Assembly (NCBI GenBank): GCA_964035545.1
Contig: OZ037766.1
Span: forward strand, 25,220,139-25,284,138
Length of the DNA stretch: 64,000 bases
Direction: 5' to 3'
Source of the DNA: Bugula neritina
Lineage: Eukaryota > Animalia > Bryozoa
Positions 63,712 through 64,000 of the stretch are shown piece by piece. The notes beneath the pieces were generated by a model. The model ran no database searches. It was not told the origin of the DNA and saw only the letters and a program-made list of their open reading frames with translations. The position numbers and the translations under genes are program-made. Each line of letters opens with the position of its first letter. The first letter of the stretch is position 1.

Positions 63712-64000
63712 GTTAGTTTTATGGTTTTTTTATAAGCTAAAATTCTCAGTTACAGGTGTCTAATGTTTTTGATTGAAAATAAAAAAGCAGTCTTGCCAGA
63801 TTGAAATGTAGATCGAAAGCACGTCTGTCTGCAAAATGTTTTCTCACTTAGACAGCCGTATCCTTCTTAAGCTGATTGTTGCCTAAGTATTTTATTTCAA
63901 AGCTTTTTTGAGAAGTGTTTTACAGTCCTGTGTGTATCTGTCTATCAACTCAGGCAATCTGAGTGGTCGCAGGATTTATGTGTTGTTATGTTTCAACTTT

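Overview
AT-rich, intron-rich eukaryotic DNA from an invertebrate animal; the species cannot be determined from the sequence. I assembled the gene models by hand from GT-AG junctions with consistent intron phases. From left to right: (1) a 20-exon multi-C2H2 zinc-finger gene on the minus strand (at least 16 fingers, running off the left edge); (2) a cluster of five Ly6/uPAR three-finger genes of the quiver/sleepless type, GPI-anchor-like, with one on the minus strand and four in tandem on the plus strand, the last inactivated by two compensating 2-bp indels; (3) an 8-exon class A GPCR with melatonin-receptor-type NRY and NAxxY motifs and a very long third intracellular loop; (4) a full-length but mutated Ty3/Gypsy (Mag-like) LTR retrotransposon with both LTRs, PBS, PPT and a 5-bp TSD; (5) a NEK/NIMA-family kinase gene. 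Introns and intergenic DNA hold tRNA-derived SINEs, hAT-, foldback/MULE- and piggyBac-like MITEs (one nested), an 80-bp palindrome, a 300-bp inverted repeat pair around one Ly6 promoter, and simple repeats. The best candidate for an undescribed system is the diversifying Ly6/quiver-like cluster next to the melatonin-receptor-like orphan GPCR; any functional link between them is inference only.
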